Origin: Candidatus Kaiserbacteria bacterium
GTDB lineage: Bacteria > Patescibacteriota > Minisyncoccia > Phycocordibacterales > UBA918
Assembly: GCA_016204695.1 (NCBI GenBank)
Contig: JACQKD010000014.1
Location: 88,170-152,169, forward strand
Reading direction: 5' to 3'
DNA length: 64,000 nt
Shown: piece by piece, positions 53,805 to 64,000 of the stretch
How the letters are laid out: every line of letters begins with the position of its first letter
Position numbering within the stretch: position 1 is the stretch's first letter
Notes under the pieces: model-generated
Told to the model about the DNA's origin: nothing
Database searches by the model: none
What the model saw: only the letters and a program-made list of their open reading frames with translations
Program-made: the position numbers and the translations under genes

Positions 53805-56237
53805 TTGCCGCCCCTATTCCCTATGCATAAAAAATTCGACCACAAAACAATAGAAAAAAAATGGCAGAAGCGCTGGAGGGATGAGAAGGTGTACGAGGTC
53901 GCAAATGACCACAAGGGAAAAAAGAAGCGGTACATTCTGACCGAGTATCCCTATCCCTCCGGCAACCTCCATATCGGACACTGGTACGCCTTTGCGGTGC
54001 CGGACATTTTGGTACGCGCAAAACGCATGCAGGGGGAGCATGTCATGTATCCCGTCGGCTTCGATTCGTTCGGATTGCCTGCGGAAAACGCCGCCATCAA
54101 AAACAAGCTCGATCCGAAAAAGTGGACATACGAAAATATCGACCGAATGACCGCGCAACTCGAAAGCATGGGCAATTCGTATGATTGGTCGCGTGCGGTA
54201 CGCACCTCGGATCCCGATTATTACCGTTGGACGCAATGGCTGTTTTTGCAACTTTTCAAAAATAATCTCGCGTATCGCGGCACATCGATGGTCAACTGGT
54301 GCCCGTTGTGCAAGACCGTACTCGCAAACGAGCAGGTGGTGGGCGGGAAGTGCGAGCGGTGCGGCAGTGAGGTGGAACATAGAGAAATGCCGCAGTGGCT
54401 CCTGCGCATCACCGACTACGCCGACCGGCTCATCGACGATCTCGATGCGCTCAACTGGCCGGAGCCGATCAAGGAGTCCCAGCGTAATTGGATCGGCAGA
54501 AGCGAGGGTATCAATATCGATTACACAATCGTCGGCTCGGATGAAGTCTTGACCTGCTTCACGACCACACCGGTGAATTTCGGGGCATCTTTTATCGTCA
54601 TTGCACCCGAGCATCCGCTGACTGCCAAACTTACCACAAAAGAAAATGAGGAGACAGCAAAAACATACACGGAGGCGAGTGCTAAAAAGAACGAGATGGA
54701 GCGCACTGGACAGAAAGAAAAGACGGGAGTATTCACCGGCTCGTATGCGATCAACCATGTGACCGGGGAGCATATGCCGATCTGGATCGCCGACTTCGTG
54801 TTGAAGGATGTGGGAACAGGAGCGGTACAAGGTTGTCCCGGGCATGATAAACGCGACTTCCAGTTCGCGAAGAAATACGGCATTTCGATACGACGAGTCG
54901 TCGTTGGGCCGGATAATGACACGAGCGACATTGTCTCGGAAGATCAAGTTGTCGAAAAGGGGACGCAGGGACGAATGATCAACTCCGGCTTTCTTGACGG
55001 GGTGGATTTCGCCGACGCAATGGAAAAAACGAAAGATTATTTCGAATCGAAAGGGTGGGGGAAGCGCGTCGTACGTTACAAACTCCGCGACTGGTCGGTG
55101 GGGAGGCAGAGGTACTGGGGATGTCCGATACCGATCGTCTACGATCCGGAAGGCCTGCCGCACGCCGTCCCCGACGAGCATTTACCGTGGCTTCTGCCCG
55201 AGGACGTGGACTTCACGCCGACTGGCGAGCCGCCGCTTGCAAAATCGGAGGCGCTTAAAAAGCGGACCGTGGAAATTTTCGGAGAAGGATGGACTCCGGA
55301 AGTCGAGACACTCGATACATTCGTCGACTCCTCGTGGTACTTCCTGCGGTACACCGATCCGAAAAATACGGAGGTGTTCGCGACTACGGAGGCGCAAGGT
55401 GCGTGGATGCCGATCGACGCCTATTTTGGCGGCGCCGAGCACACCACGATGCATCTTTTATACGCACGCTTCGTGCAAAAAGTGCTTTGTGACATGGGTC
55501 TGGCGACCGTGCCGGAACCGTTTACCGTCCGCGTCAACCGCGGCCTCGTACTCGGCCCCGACGGCAACAAAATGAGCAAATCCAAGGGTAACGTCATCGA
55601 CCCCGACGAGCAAGTGTCGCGTCTCGGCGCCGATACGGTCAAAATATATCTGGCATTCATGGGACCATATGGTGAAGTGACCAACTATCCCTGGGACATG
55701 GGCGGCATCGCAGGCACTCGCCGCTTCCTTGAGCGGGTACACGGTCTCGGCGCGCATGTGCATGAAAACGAGCCGCGGGACGTGACGAGCCTCCTCCATC
55801 GCACTGTCGACAAGGTCACGCGCGACATCGAGCATTTCAAATTCAACACCGCCATCAGCGCGATGATGATTTTCATCAATGCCGCCGAAAAAGACGGGTT
55901 ATCCGAAGAAAGCTACAAAACATTTTTGAAACTGCTCGCGCCGTTTGCACCGCACCTTGCCGAAGAACTCTGGGAGACCGCAGGCGAATCGTTCTCCATC
56001 CACCAAGCGACATGGCCGCTCGCCGACAAATCGCTTCTCACGGAAGAAACCGCCACCATCGCCGTCCAGATCAACGGCAAGGCGCGCGGAACAATCGAAG
56101 TGTCTGCGGACACCGAGGAAGAATCAGCCATGGATATCGCAAAAGCGCACAAGCATATCGCCGGATATCTCGATGGCAAGACGATAACGCGCGTCGTCTA
56201 CGTACCCGGCAAGATCCTCAATATTATTGTTCGCTAG
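53805..56237 (+). CDS. leuS: Leucine--tRNA ligase
   Basis: HIGH-type motif YPSGNLHIGHWYAF, KMSKS, editing domain and zinc CxxC motifs. Alternative start at 53823. Confidence 0.95.
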   Translation: MPPLFPMHKKFDHKTIEKKWQKRWRDEKVYEVANDHKGKKKRYILTEYPYPSGNLHIGHWYAFAVPDILVRAKRMQGEHVMYPVGFDSFGLPAENAAIKNKLDPKKWTYENIDRMTAQLESMGNSYDWSRAVRTSDPDYYRWTQWLFLQLFKNNLAYRGTSMVNWCPLCKTVLANEQVVGGKCERCGSEVEHREMPQWLLRITDYADRLIDDLDALNWPEPIKESQRNWIGRSEGINIDYTIVGSDEVLTCFTTTPVNFGASFIVIAPEHPLTAKLTTKENEETAKTYTEASAKKNEMERTGQKEKTGVFTGSYAINHVTGEHMPIWIADFVLKDVGTGAVQGCPGHDKRDFQFAKKYGISIRRVVVGPDNDTSDIVSEDQVVEKGTQGRMINSGFLDGVDFADAMEKTKDYFESKGWGKRVVRYKLRDWSVGRQRYWGCPIPIVYDPEGLPHAVPDEHLPWLLPEDVDFTPTGEPPLAKSEALKKRTVEIFGEGWTPEVETLDTFVDSSWYFLRYTDPKNTEVFATTEAQGAWMPIDAYFGGAEHTTMHLLYARFVQKVLCDMGLATVPEPFTVRVNRGLVLGPDGNKMSKSKGNVIDPDEQVSRLGADTVKIYLAFMGPYGEVTNYPWDMGGIAGTRRFLERVHGLGAHVHENEPRDVTSLLHRTVDKVTRDIEHFKFNTAISAMMIFINAAEKDGLSEESYKTFLKLLAPFAPHLAEELWETAGESFSIHQATWPLADKSLLTEETATIAVQINGKARGTIEVSADTEEESAMDIAKAHKHIAGYLDGKTITRVVYVPGKILNIIVR

Positions 56238-56344
56238 CTCCCCGGCCCGCGTCATCACACGGGAACAGAGTGGACAACTTGACGCATTTCTAATATCGTG
56301 CTAAAGATATAGAATCTTCCTACAGCACGCCTCGGGAGAAAGAT

Positions 56345-57379
56345 ATGAAAAACCTGCCGTTTAAGCCCAAACAGATCACGAAAAAACTTCTCTCGGTGCT
56401 TCCTGCGCGCGCCCGGGACGTGATTGAGAAACGATACGGCCTCGGACCGAACGGCGAGCCTCCTATGACGCTCGAAGCCATCGGCCAGACCTACGGCATC
56501 ACCCGCGAGCGGGTGCGTCAGATCGAAAATTACGCCATCGAAATGATCCAAAAATCGGATGTCTACGCCGAGTATGCGCCGCTGTTCGCGGAGTTGCAGA
56601 AAGAGATGGACCTGCTCGGGGGCGTCATCGCGGAACACGATTTGTTGAAGGAATTCGGATCCGACCGGGCGGCCGACAACCACCTTTATTTTATTTTCGT
56701 GCTCGGTATCCCGTTCAACCGGAGCAAGGAGAACAGCACGTTCCATCACCGATGGTTTACCCGCGAAGATGTCGCATCGGCGGTCGAGACAGCCCTCCTC
56801 GAATTGCATGATTCTCTCACGGACGATTCGCTCTTGAGCGGAGAGGAGATCGTCGCATCGATACTCAACAAGCTCGATGCGCTCGACCCCGCATACAAGC
56901 GGGAGGAATTTGCGCACCGATGGCTCTCGCTGTCGAAGGTGCTCGCGCAGAACCCCCTCGGCGAATGGGGACTCGCTTCGAGCCCCAACGTACGCGCCAA
57001 AGGCATCCGCGACTTCGCCTATCTCGCGGTCAAGCGTCATGGCTCGCCGATGCATTTCAAGGAAGTCGCGGAATCAATCGAAAAGCTGTTTGCGCGCAAA
57101 GCGCATGTGGCGACCTGTCATAACGAACTCATCAAGGACAAGCGTTTCGTGCTTGTCGGCCGGGGCCTGTATGCGCTTGAGGAGTGGGGATACAGCGCCG
57201 GCGTGGTCAAGGACATTCTCCACGAAATCCTGAAGGCAAACGGCCCCCTGCCGCTCCAGGAAATCATCGAGCGGGTCCGCAAAGAACGGTACGTGAAAGA
57301 CAACACCATCATGGTAAATCTGCAGGACCGGACATTCTTCAAGCGGCTTCCGAACGGACAATACGCAGTGATCGGATAA
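56345..57379 (+). CDS. Sigma-70 region 4-like HTH domain protein
   Basis: LPARARDVIEKRYGL...TLEAIGQTYGITRERVRQIE at the N-terminus, followed by an uncharacterised C-terminal domain. Confidence 0.55.
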   Translation: MKNLPFKPKQITKKLLSVLPARARDVIEKRYGLGPNGEPPMTLEAIGQTYGITRERVRQIENYAIEMIQKSDVYAEYAPLFAELQKEMDLLGGVIAEHDLLKEFGSDRAADNHLYFIFVLGIPFNRSKENSTFHHRWFTREDVASAVETALLELHDSLTDDSLLSGEEIVASILNKLDALDPAYKREEFAHRWLSLSKVLAQNPLGEWGLASSPNVRAKGIRDFAYLAVKRHGSPMHFKEVAESIEKLFARKAHVATCHNELIKDKRFVLVGRGLYALEEWGYSAGVVKDILHEILKANGPLPLQEIIERVRKERYVKDNTIMVNLQDRTFFKRLPNGQYAVIG

Positions 57380-57449
57380 ACCGCCCTTTGGCGGCCTGTT
57401 CAGTGCGTTTGAAGACACACGCTGTCGATGTGATACCATACGTGCATCT

Positions 57450-58778
57450 ATGGGGTTTGGAGAAAAGATCATCGGATGGCTTGAGGGATTCGGAGTAAAC
57501 GCCGGCATCGTGCTTTCTGTTGTCGGCACGATCCTCATCATCGTCGCTTTTTCACTATTTGATGTCAGACTGCCGAAGGTGATTTCTTTTGCCGTGGCGA
57601 CAAGCCCGGTATGGCTCCCGATCGTACTCTTTTTCGTATTTTTCGAGTGGTGGATGAAGTATGTTCAGAAGTATTTCAACCTCCAGCAGGGACGCATTAC
57701 GCTTGAGATTCTTCTGCCGGAAGAGATACTGAAATCGCCGCTCGCGATGGAGCTGGTCTTGGGCCATCTCTGGCAGACGGCAAGTCCCGACAACCTCGTC
57801 CAGACATATTGGGACGGCAAAAATCCGCCGACATTCGGGCTCGAGATCGTCTCCATCGGCGGCACCGTACGCTTCTTTATCAATACCCAGGTCCGCAAAT
57901 ACAAAAACATCATCGAGGCACAGCTGTATTCACAATACCCCGGCATCGAGATACGCGAGGTGCCCGACTACACCGCCGAGATCGACAAAGACATCACGGA
58001 CTTCGAGCTCTTCAGTATGCACTTCAGCATCCGCAAAGCGGACGCGTATCCGATCAAGACATACGTCGAGTACGGACTCGACAAAGACCCGAAGGAAGAG
58101 TTGAAAATCGACCCCATCACGCAGATGCTCGACCTCTTGGGTTCCATCGGTCCGAACGAACGCATCTGGGTACAGATACTCATATCCGCGCACCGCGAGG
58201 AAACCTTCAAGGTGGGGAGCCTGTTTCATAAGCCGGACTGGAAAGACGACGTTCGCAAAGAGATCAACCAGATCGCCGGACGCGACGACAAGCGCCTTGG
58301 CCCGGCCGAGCTCGAAAGCCAACCGCGGCTGACCGAAGGCGAGCGTCGCGTTATCAGCGCGCTTGAACGCAGTCTCTCGAAGATACCGTTCAATACCGGA
58401 ATACGCGTCATTTATGCCGCCAAGAAGGGGTACTATCTCCCGGGCGAACGTATCGGCGCGATCATCACGGCATGGTTTCAGTACAACGACGCGATGCTCA
58501 ATTCCTTCCGTCTGCCTTGGCGCACCGACTACGACTGGAACTGGTGGCAGGACCCGACCGGCCGTAGGCGGTTCAACATGAAGAAACGCGAACTCAACGA
58601 GTACAAGCGCCGCTATTACGAAAACCGCGCCAAGAACGACAAGAAATTCATCCTGACCGTCGAAGAGCTCGCGACAATTTATCACTTCCCGGGCAAGGTG
58701 GCACATACGCCCACTCTGCCGCGCATCCCGTCGGCGCGCGGCGAGGCGCCTCCCAACCTTCCGATCGCAACGAAATAA
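57450..58778 (+). CDS. Hypothetical membrane-anchored protein (442 aa)
   Basis: N-terminal TM helices; no motif recognised. Confidence 0.5.
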   Translation: MGFGEKIIGWLEGFGVNAGIVLSVVGTILIIVAFSLFDVRLPKVISFAVATSPVWLPIVLFFVFFEWWMKYVQKYFNLQQGRITLEILLPEEILKSPLAMELVLGHLWQTASPDNLVQTYWDGKNPPTFGLEIVSIGGTVRFFINTQVRKYKNIIEAQLYSQYPGIEIREVPDYTAEIDKDITDFELFSMHFSIRKADAYPIKTYVEYGLDKDPKEELKIDPITQMLDLLGSIGPNERIWVQILISAHREETFKVGSLFHKPDWKDDVRKEINQIAGRDDKRLGPAELESQPRLTEGERRVISALERSLSKIPFNTGIRVIYAAKKGYYLPGERIGAIITAWFQYNDAMLNSFRLPWRTDYDWNWWQDPTGRRRFNMKKRELNEYKRRYYENRAKNDKKFILTVEELATIYHFPGKVAHTPTLPRIPSARGEAPPNLPIATK

Positions 58779-58798
58779 TCTTTGCGTCTCCATAGTCT

Positions 58799-59824
58799 AT
58801 GCCCGAGGATAGCAACGCAGACGCAGAAACGGACCGGATCCCGGCGGAAACCCCCGCCCCGCGCCGACGCTTCCTGTCGGTATGGCGGATCGGGGCGCTG
58901 TCCGCTCTTGCGCTCGCACTTCTGGGCGGCGCAGGAGTGGTCGCATCCGCCACACCTCCCGCCGCTTTTCCTGCCGGAGAACGCATTGAAATATTGCCGG
59001 GCACGTCGCTCGTGACCGCGGCGCGAATGCTCGAAGACGCACATGCAGTACATTCGTCTCTTCTCTTGCAACTCATTCTGATCGCGCAAGCCGGAGAGGG
59101 AGGAGTCAAAGCGGGAATATACCGGTTTGACGAACCGCTCTCCGTCTTCGGCATCGCGCACGCGCTCCTCTATGGCACGCATTCCGCTCCACTGATACGC
59201 ATTACCATTCCCGAAGGGATGAGGAACGGCGACATCGACAAGATCGTGACAAGCCAACTGCCCGCCATACCGCCGGGAGCCTTCGAACGTGCCGCCGCAG
59301 ACGCGGAGGGATACTTGTTCCCCGAGACATACCACGTGCCGGAGATTTTCACCGCCGAACAGCTCGTCGACATGATGAAGGAAACCTTTGCCGAAAAAAC
59401 CGCGCCGCTTGCAGACACATTCGCGGCTTCGACACGGACGCGCGAGGAGATCATCATTATGGCATCCATCCTCGAACGCGAGGCGGACAGTGAAGAATCC
59501 ATGCGCATTATTTCGGGTATTTTGTGGAAACGGTTCGACAAGGGCATGCCGCTCCAAGTCGATGCCAGCTTTGCATATTTATTGGGAAAGAAGAGCGAGG
59601 AAGTAACCGTAGACGATCTCGCCCTCGACTCGCCGTACAACACCTACAAATACTGGGGCCTTCCGCCGACTCCGCTCAATAACCCCGGACTACAGGCAAT
59701 CAAAGCGGCACTTTCGCCGACACCATCACCATATCTGTATTACCTCACCGACGCCGAAGGCGCATTCCACTACGCCAAAACCTTCGAAGAACACAAGAAA
59801 AATAAGCAACTTTTTCTGGAGTGA
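58799..59824 (+). CDS. mltG: Endolytic murein transglycosylase MltG (YceG-like)
   Basis: N-terminal TM helix plus YceG-like domain, ending ...YLYYLTDAEGAFHYAKTFEEH. Confidence 0.8.
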   Translation: MPEDSNADAETDRIPAETPAPRRRFLSVWRIGALSALALALLGGAGVVASATPPAAFPAGERIEILPGTSLVTAARMLEDAHAVHSSLLLQLILIAQAGEGGVKAGIYRFDEPLSVFGIAHALLYGTHSAPLIRITIPEGMRNGDIDKIVTSQLPAIPPGAFERAAADAEGYLFPETYHVPEIFTAEQLVDMMKETFAEKTAPLADTFAASTRTREEIIIMASILEREADSEESMRIISGILWKRFDKGMPLQVDASFAYLLGKKSEEVTVDDLALDSPYNTYKYWGLPPTPLNNPGLQAIKAALSPTPSPYLYYLTDAEGAFHYAKTFEEHKKNKQLFLE

Positions 59825-60046
59825 ACTTGACACTGCAAGCCGCGAGCCACACCATCAATGCAATGAGTGTGGAAAATTCGAGCGAAGCAAAGGAGCAAGA
59901 AAATCAACCACCCCAGTGGCTTGCCACGGCGACGGTTGACTGCACAAAATAGGCCGTCTTGGAGGGAATACCGTGAAATATGTTGATTTTTTCATTGAAT
60001 TCACGGTTATTTGACAATAATAGTTAACTTTACTACACTTGACCAC

Positions 60047-60919
60047 ATGGCGAGAATACTCAATATATACAAAAAAATAATCGAACTGCGCGAACGTTAC
60101 TACAGGGTTTCGCCCGGCAAGGAATCGTTGCTCAAGATGATCATGGAAGCGGAAATTCCGGAACAGGTATACAACTCTAATGCTATCGAGAACAGCACAC
60201 TTTCTCTGGAAGAAACCGAAAAAATTCTACTCCAGATCGATCTCGACCGCTTTGTGTCCGAGCGCGAACTCTTTGAAGCTAAAAATCTCGCACGCGTGGT
60301 GGAATACATCGACAAACGAGCGAAGGAACAGGAGCTTACCGAGGAGGTCATTTTGTTTTTGCATAAGATGCTCATTTCCAATATCCGCGATGATATCGCC
60401 GGAAGATTCCGCACAGGAGAGGAGCGTGTACGGGTAGGCACGCACATCGCACCGCATGCGTCAGAAATTCCCGAGCTTATGAAAAAGATGCTCGCGGAAT
60501 ATAACGCTTCGAGTCATGAGCATATCGTGCGAAGAATCGCCAGATTGCATCTTGCCTTCGAGTACGCCCACCCGTTCGTTGACGGCAACGGCCGAATCGG
60601 TCGCGCTATCAATAATTACCTGCTCATCCGCGAAGGATATGTTCCTATCAACATCAAGTTTATCGATCGCGCCAGATACTATGACGCATTCAAAGAATTC
60701 CAAACGAACAATAAAACGGCGGTCATGGAAGAAATAGTCGGCCGCGCTCTTACTAACAGCTATCACAAGCGGCTGGCATATTTGGAACACAAAAAGATCG
60801 TATCGCTTTCCGAATATACCAAACAGAGTCGTCTTTCCCACTCAAACTCCCTTAACAAAGCAAAGCGTCAAACCATTGAAGCCTTTATAGAAAAAGGCAA
60901 TTGGAATATCGGAATATAA
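60047..60919 (+). CDS. Fic family protein
   Basis: Fic motif HPFVDGNGRIGRAINNYLL; AT-rich gene and upstream region. Confidence 0.8.
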   Translation: MARILNIYKKIIELRERYYRVSPGKESLLKMIMEAEIPEQVYNSNAIENSTLSLEETEKILLQIDLDRFVSERELFEAKNLARVVEYIDKRAKEQELTEEVILFLHKMLISNIRDDIAGRFRTGEERVRVGTHIAPHASEIPELMKKMLAEYNASSHEHIVRRIARLHLAFEYAHPFVDGNGRIGRAINNYLLIREGYVPINIKFIDRARYYDAFKEFQTNNKTAVMEEIVGRALTNSYHKRLAYLEHKKIVSLSEYTKQSRLSHSNSLNKAKRQTIEAFIEKGNWNIGI

Positions 60920-60932
60920 AATGAAATAATTT

Positions 60933-63293
60933 ATGCCCGATAAAAATCTTTCAGAACGCGATATTTGCACAAAATATATTACTCCGGCAGTGGTCGGAGC
61001 AGGTTGGAATGTACAAACCCAAATCCGCGAGGAAGTTACCTTTACCGCGGGTAGAATAAATGTCTACGGCAAAACAATAACCCGTGGCGAGAAAAAGCGA
61101 GCCGATTATATTTTGTATTACAAAAATAATTTTCCAATCGCGCTTATTGAAGCGAAGGATGCCAGTCATTCCGTAGGAGATGGTATGCAACAGGCACTCA
61201 GTTATGCGGAGTCTCTTGATATTCCATTTGTGTACAGCTCAAATGGCGAAGGTTTTTTAGAGCACGATCGGCTCACCGCATCCGGTCAAAAAGAGCATGA
61301 ACTACCCATCTCTGCTTTTCCAAGTCCCGCAGATCTCTATCAAAGATACAAAGAGCAGAAAGGATTAGTGCCAGAAGTCGAGGAGGCGGTTTTGCAGGAT
61401 TATTACGAAAATCCATCGGCACATCCACCGCGTTACTTCCAGCAAGTGGCGATCAATCGCACTGTTGAAGCGGTGGCGCGCGGCCAAAATCGCATTTTGC
61501 TTGTCATGGCTACCGGCACGGGCAAAACGTACACGGCATTTCAAATTATTTGGCGACTATGGAAAGCCCGCAAGAAAAAACGAATCCTATTTCTCGTTGA
61601 TCGTACCGCGCTTGCCGACCAAACGCTTTCCGGCGAGTTCCGCCATTTTGGCGAAGCGGTGACAAAAATTGACGACCCAAAGGTAAATCCGGCGTATGAA
61701 ATTTATGTCGCGCTCTATCAAGGACTCATGGGCGGGGAGGAAGCTGAAAAGTTTAAACAATTTTCAGCGGATTTTTTCGACCTCGTTATTGTAGACGAGT
61801 GTCATCGTGGTGCCGCGCGAGAAGATGCTTTGTGGCGTTCTGTTCTTGAATACTACAAGAGCGCAACACATATCGGCCTTACCGCCACGCCAAAAGTCGC
61901 TGACGATGCCGACAACTTTGAATACTTCGGCGCGCCTATTTACACCTATTCGCTCAAGCAAGGAATTGATGACGGTTACCTCGCGCCATATAAAGTCATC
62001 CGCTATCGTTTCAACAATGACGAATGGCGCCCGCCGCAAGGTTTTATAGATATGCACGGCCAAGAAGTGCCGGACGAAATATACACCGAATCGATGTTTG
62101 ACCGCTCCATTATCATCGAAGACCGCAATCGCGCGGTGGCAAAATGCGTGAGTGATTTTATGCGTGAGACGGATATATACCAAAAAGTTATCGTCTTTTG
62201 TGTAGACATAGCCCATGCCGAGCGGATGCGCAGGTTCCTGGTGAATGAATTCGCTGATGAAATAAAAAAGAATGCAAAATATGTTGTCAAAATCACCGGC
62301 GACGACTTCTATGGCAAACTGGAAATTGAAAACTTTATAAATCCGGAGTCAAAGTACCCGGTCATTGCCACCACCTCAAAACTGCTTTCCACCGGAGTGG
62401 ATACCCAGACGGTCAAGCTCATTGTGCTCGACGCGCCGATGAATTCCATGACGGAGTTTAAACAGGTCATCGGCCGGGGTACGCGTATCAACGAGCAGTT
62501 TGGCAAATACTATTTCACCATCATGGATTTCCGCAATGTCACGCGCCTGTTTGCGGACGCGGACTTTGACGGCGACCCGGTAGAAAGTTACGAAAAAGAC
62601 GGCGCCGAGCCGCTCGCGATAAAAGAAAAGATAGAACAAGAAACCCGTAGCGAAGCCGAGTTGCAGAAAATAAATCCGCAGGAAGAAATTTTAATCGACG
62701 GCACCGAAGCCGCGCCAAAGCCAAAGAAAATCCATATCAAAGATGGCGTCACGTTTGACCCGATCCAAAAACTCATTCAGTACATTGACCCCAAAACCGG
62801 AAAGCTCATTACCGCCTCGCTTCAAGACTTCAGCAAGCAGACCATCCAAGGCGTATATGCTTCACTTGAAGATTTTCTCAATCGCTGGAATGCTACCGAA
62901 CGCAAAGACGCCATCATTTCCGAGCTTGCCGATATGGGTATCGTCTTTGATGAATTGCAAAAAGAAGTGGGCAAAGACCTTGATGTGTTTGACCTTGTCC
63001 TCCATGTCGCCTACGGCAAAAAACCCCTGACCCGAAGCGAGCGATTGAAAAAAGTCCGCGCAAGCGACTATTTTGCCAAATATGAAGGCAGGGCGCGGGA
63101 AATCATTGACCATCTCCTCGACAAGTACGCCGCAAGCGGCATCACTGCCATAGACGACATCGGCGACCTGCAAGTGTCTCCGTTTACCGCCTACGGCACG
63201 CCGTTTGAAATCGTGGAGGAAATCTTCGGCGGCCGTGAAAAATATCTGCAAGTGGTGCGCCACATAGAAACCGTGTTATATACCGCCCAATAA
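60933..63293 (+). CDS. hsdR: Type I restriction enzyme R subunit (short form)
   Basis: N-terminal PD-(D/E)xK nuclease region (ALIEAKD), helicase motif I MATGTGKT, motif II VIVDECHRG. Confidence 0.8.
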   Translation: MPDKNLSERDICTKYITPAVVGAGWNVQTQIREEVTFTAGRINVYGKTITRGEKKRADYILYYKNNFPIALIEAKDASHSVGDGMQQALSYAESLDIPFVYSSNGEGFLEHDRLTASGQKEHELPISAFPSPADLYQRYKEQKGLVPEVEEAVLQDYYENPSAHPPRYFQQVAINRTVEAVARGQNRILLVMATGTGKTYTAFQIIWRLWKARKKKRILFLVDRTALADQTLSGEFRHFGEAVTKIDDPKVNPAYEIYVALYQGLMGGEEAEKFKQFSADFFDLVIVDECHRGAAREDALWRSVLEYYKSATHIGLTATPKVADDADNFEYFGAPIYTYSLKQGIDDGYLAPYKVIRYRFNNDEWRPPQGFIDMHGQEVPDEIYTESMFDRSIIIEDRNRAVAKCVSDFMRETDIYQKVIVFCVDIAHAERMRRFLVNEFADEIKKNAKYVVKITGDDFYGKLEIENFINPESKYPVIATTSKLLSTGVDTQTVKLIVLDAPMNSMTEFKQVIGRGTRINEQFGKYYFTIMDFRNVTRLFADADFDGDPVESYEKDGAEPLAIKEKIEQETRSEAELQKINPQEEILIDGTEAAPKPKKIHIKDGVTFDPIQKLIQYIDPKTGKLITASLQDFSKQTIQGVYASLEDFLNRWNATERKDAIISELADMGIVFDELQKEVGKDLDVFDLVLHVAYGKKPLTRSERLKKVRASDYFAKYEGRAREIIDHLLDKYAASGITAIDDIGDLQVSPFTAYGTPFEIVEEIFGGREKYLQVVRHIETVLYTAQ

Positions 63294-63299
63294 AATAAT

Positions 63300-64000
63300 A
63301 TGTCTGACATCCAAAACATCGTTAAAAATATCCAAAACATCATGCGAAAGGACGCGGGCGTGGATGGCGATGCCCAGCGTATCTCCCAGCTTGTCTGGAT
63401 GCTCTTCCTCAAAATCTTTGACGACCGGGAGAAAAACTTGGAGCTCATAGACCCTGGCTACCATTCGCCGATTCCGGAGGAACTGCGCTGGCGTGCTTGG
63501 GCGGCCGACCCCGAAGGCATGACCGGCGAGGAGCTCTTTGCTTTTATAGACAAAAAACTTTTTCCCACGCTCAAAGGACTTGCCGTCCACGGCACGCAAA
63601 CCTCTGGTGTCATCGTCAAAAACGTCTTCATCGACACCTACAACTATATGAAGAACGGCACGCTCATCCGCCAGGTGGTAAACAAAATCAACGAAATCAA
63701 TTTCAATAAAAAAGGCGACCGCCACGCCTTTGGCGATTTGTATGAAAAACTCTTAAAAGACCTGCAGAGCGCAGGTAATGCCGGAGAGTTTTACACGCCG
63801 CGCCCGCTCACCAAATTTATCGTGGAGATGGTCGCGCCAGAGCTTGGCGAAACCGTCCTTGATCCGGCCTGCGGCACTGGCGGGTTTTTGGTCAATGTCT
63901 TGGACTACATCCGCGCAAGCGGACAGGTCAAAACCGCCGACGATGAAAAACTCCTACAATCCTCCGTCCACGGCGTAGAAGTCAAACCGCTTCCGCATCT
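63300..64000 (+). CDS. hsdM: Type I R-M N6-adenine methyltransferase subunit (runs off the window; absent from the track because no stop is reached)
   Basis: NAGEFYTPR (motif IV) and DPACGTGGFL (motif I, SAM binding). ATG lies 7 nt after the hsdR stop. Confidence 0.75.
   Translation, partial: MSDIQNIVKNIQNIMRKDAGVDGDAQRISQLVWMLFLKIFDDREKNLELIDPGYHSPIPEELRWRAWAADPEGMTGEELFAFIDKKLFPTLKGLAVHGTQTSGVIVKNVFIDTYNYMKNGTLIRQVVNKINEINFNKKGDRHAFGDLYEKLLKDLQSAGNAGEFYTPRPLTKFIVEMVAPELGETVLDPACGTGGFLVNVLDYIRASGQVKTADDEKLLQSSVHGVEVKPLPH

Noticed and set aside
53814-55181. 455-aa minus-strand ORF inside leuS
   Set aside because: Antisense to an unambiguous leuS with HIGH and KMSKS motifs.

Overview
This 64 kb window reads as bacterial chromosome, about 55-60% GC, with housekeeping genes almost all on the + strand. 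Recognised genes include gdh, tgt, uvrB-uvrA-uvrC, two ddl paralogues, murF, def, ychF, leuS and mltG, plus many small membrane-anchored hypothetical proteins; the overall style is consistent with a reduced-genome lineage (Patescibacteria/CPR-like is an inference, not shown). Seven tRNAs are present (Ala-CGC, Arg-CCG, Ala-GGC, Ala-TGC, Pro-GGG, Pro-CGG, Val-CAC); no rRNA or CRISPR array was seen. Accessory content interrupts the backbone at several places. (1) A roughly 100-190 nt structured palindromic repeat family has four copies. Two are inserted in frame inside coding genes (tgt, and a polytopic membrane protein) and two lie beside tRNA genes. (2) Immediately downstream of tRNA-Ala(TGC) lies an AT-rich island. 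It holds an ISL3-like insertion sequence with a 9-bp target duplication, three copies of a 24-bp (TGTAGG)x3 site, a standalone SIR2-like gene, an apparently antitoxin-less MazF/PemK-like toxin, a 42-nt perfect palindrome and twin hairpins. (3) A toxin-antitoxin cassette island (zeta-toxin-like kinase, VapBC, a HEPN-like Rx4H protein) sits between uvrB and uvrA, flanked by a duplicated uvrB 3' end. (4) A PIG-L deacetylase 5' end is duplicated on either side of an inverted CDP-alcohol phosphatidyltransferase gene, inside a glycolipid-like cluster with a GT2 gene and a large multi-pass membrane protein. (5) tRNA 3'-end fragment scars indicate repeated integration at tRNA loci. (6) A secreted protein carries about seven cysteine-rich repeats. 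(7) The window ends in a Fic gene followed by type I R-M genes hsdR and hsdM (hsdM truncated by the window edge). Manually derived coordinates (tRNAs, repeats, hairpins) may be off by 1-2 nt; CDS coordinates follow the supplied ORF track.
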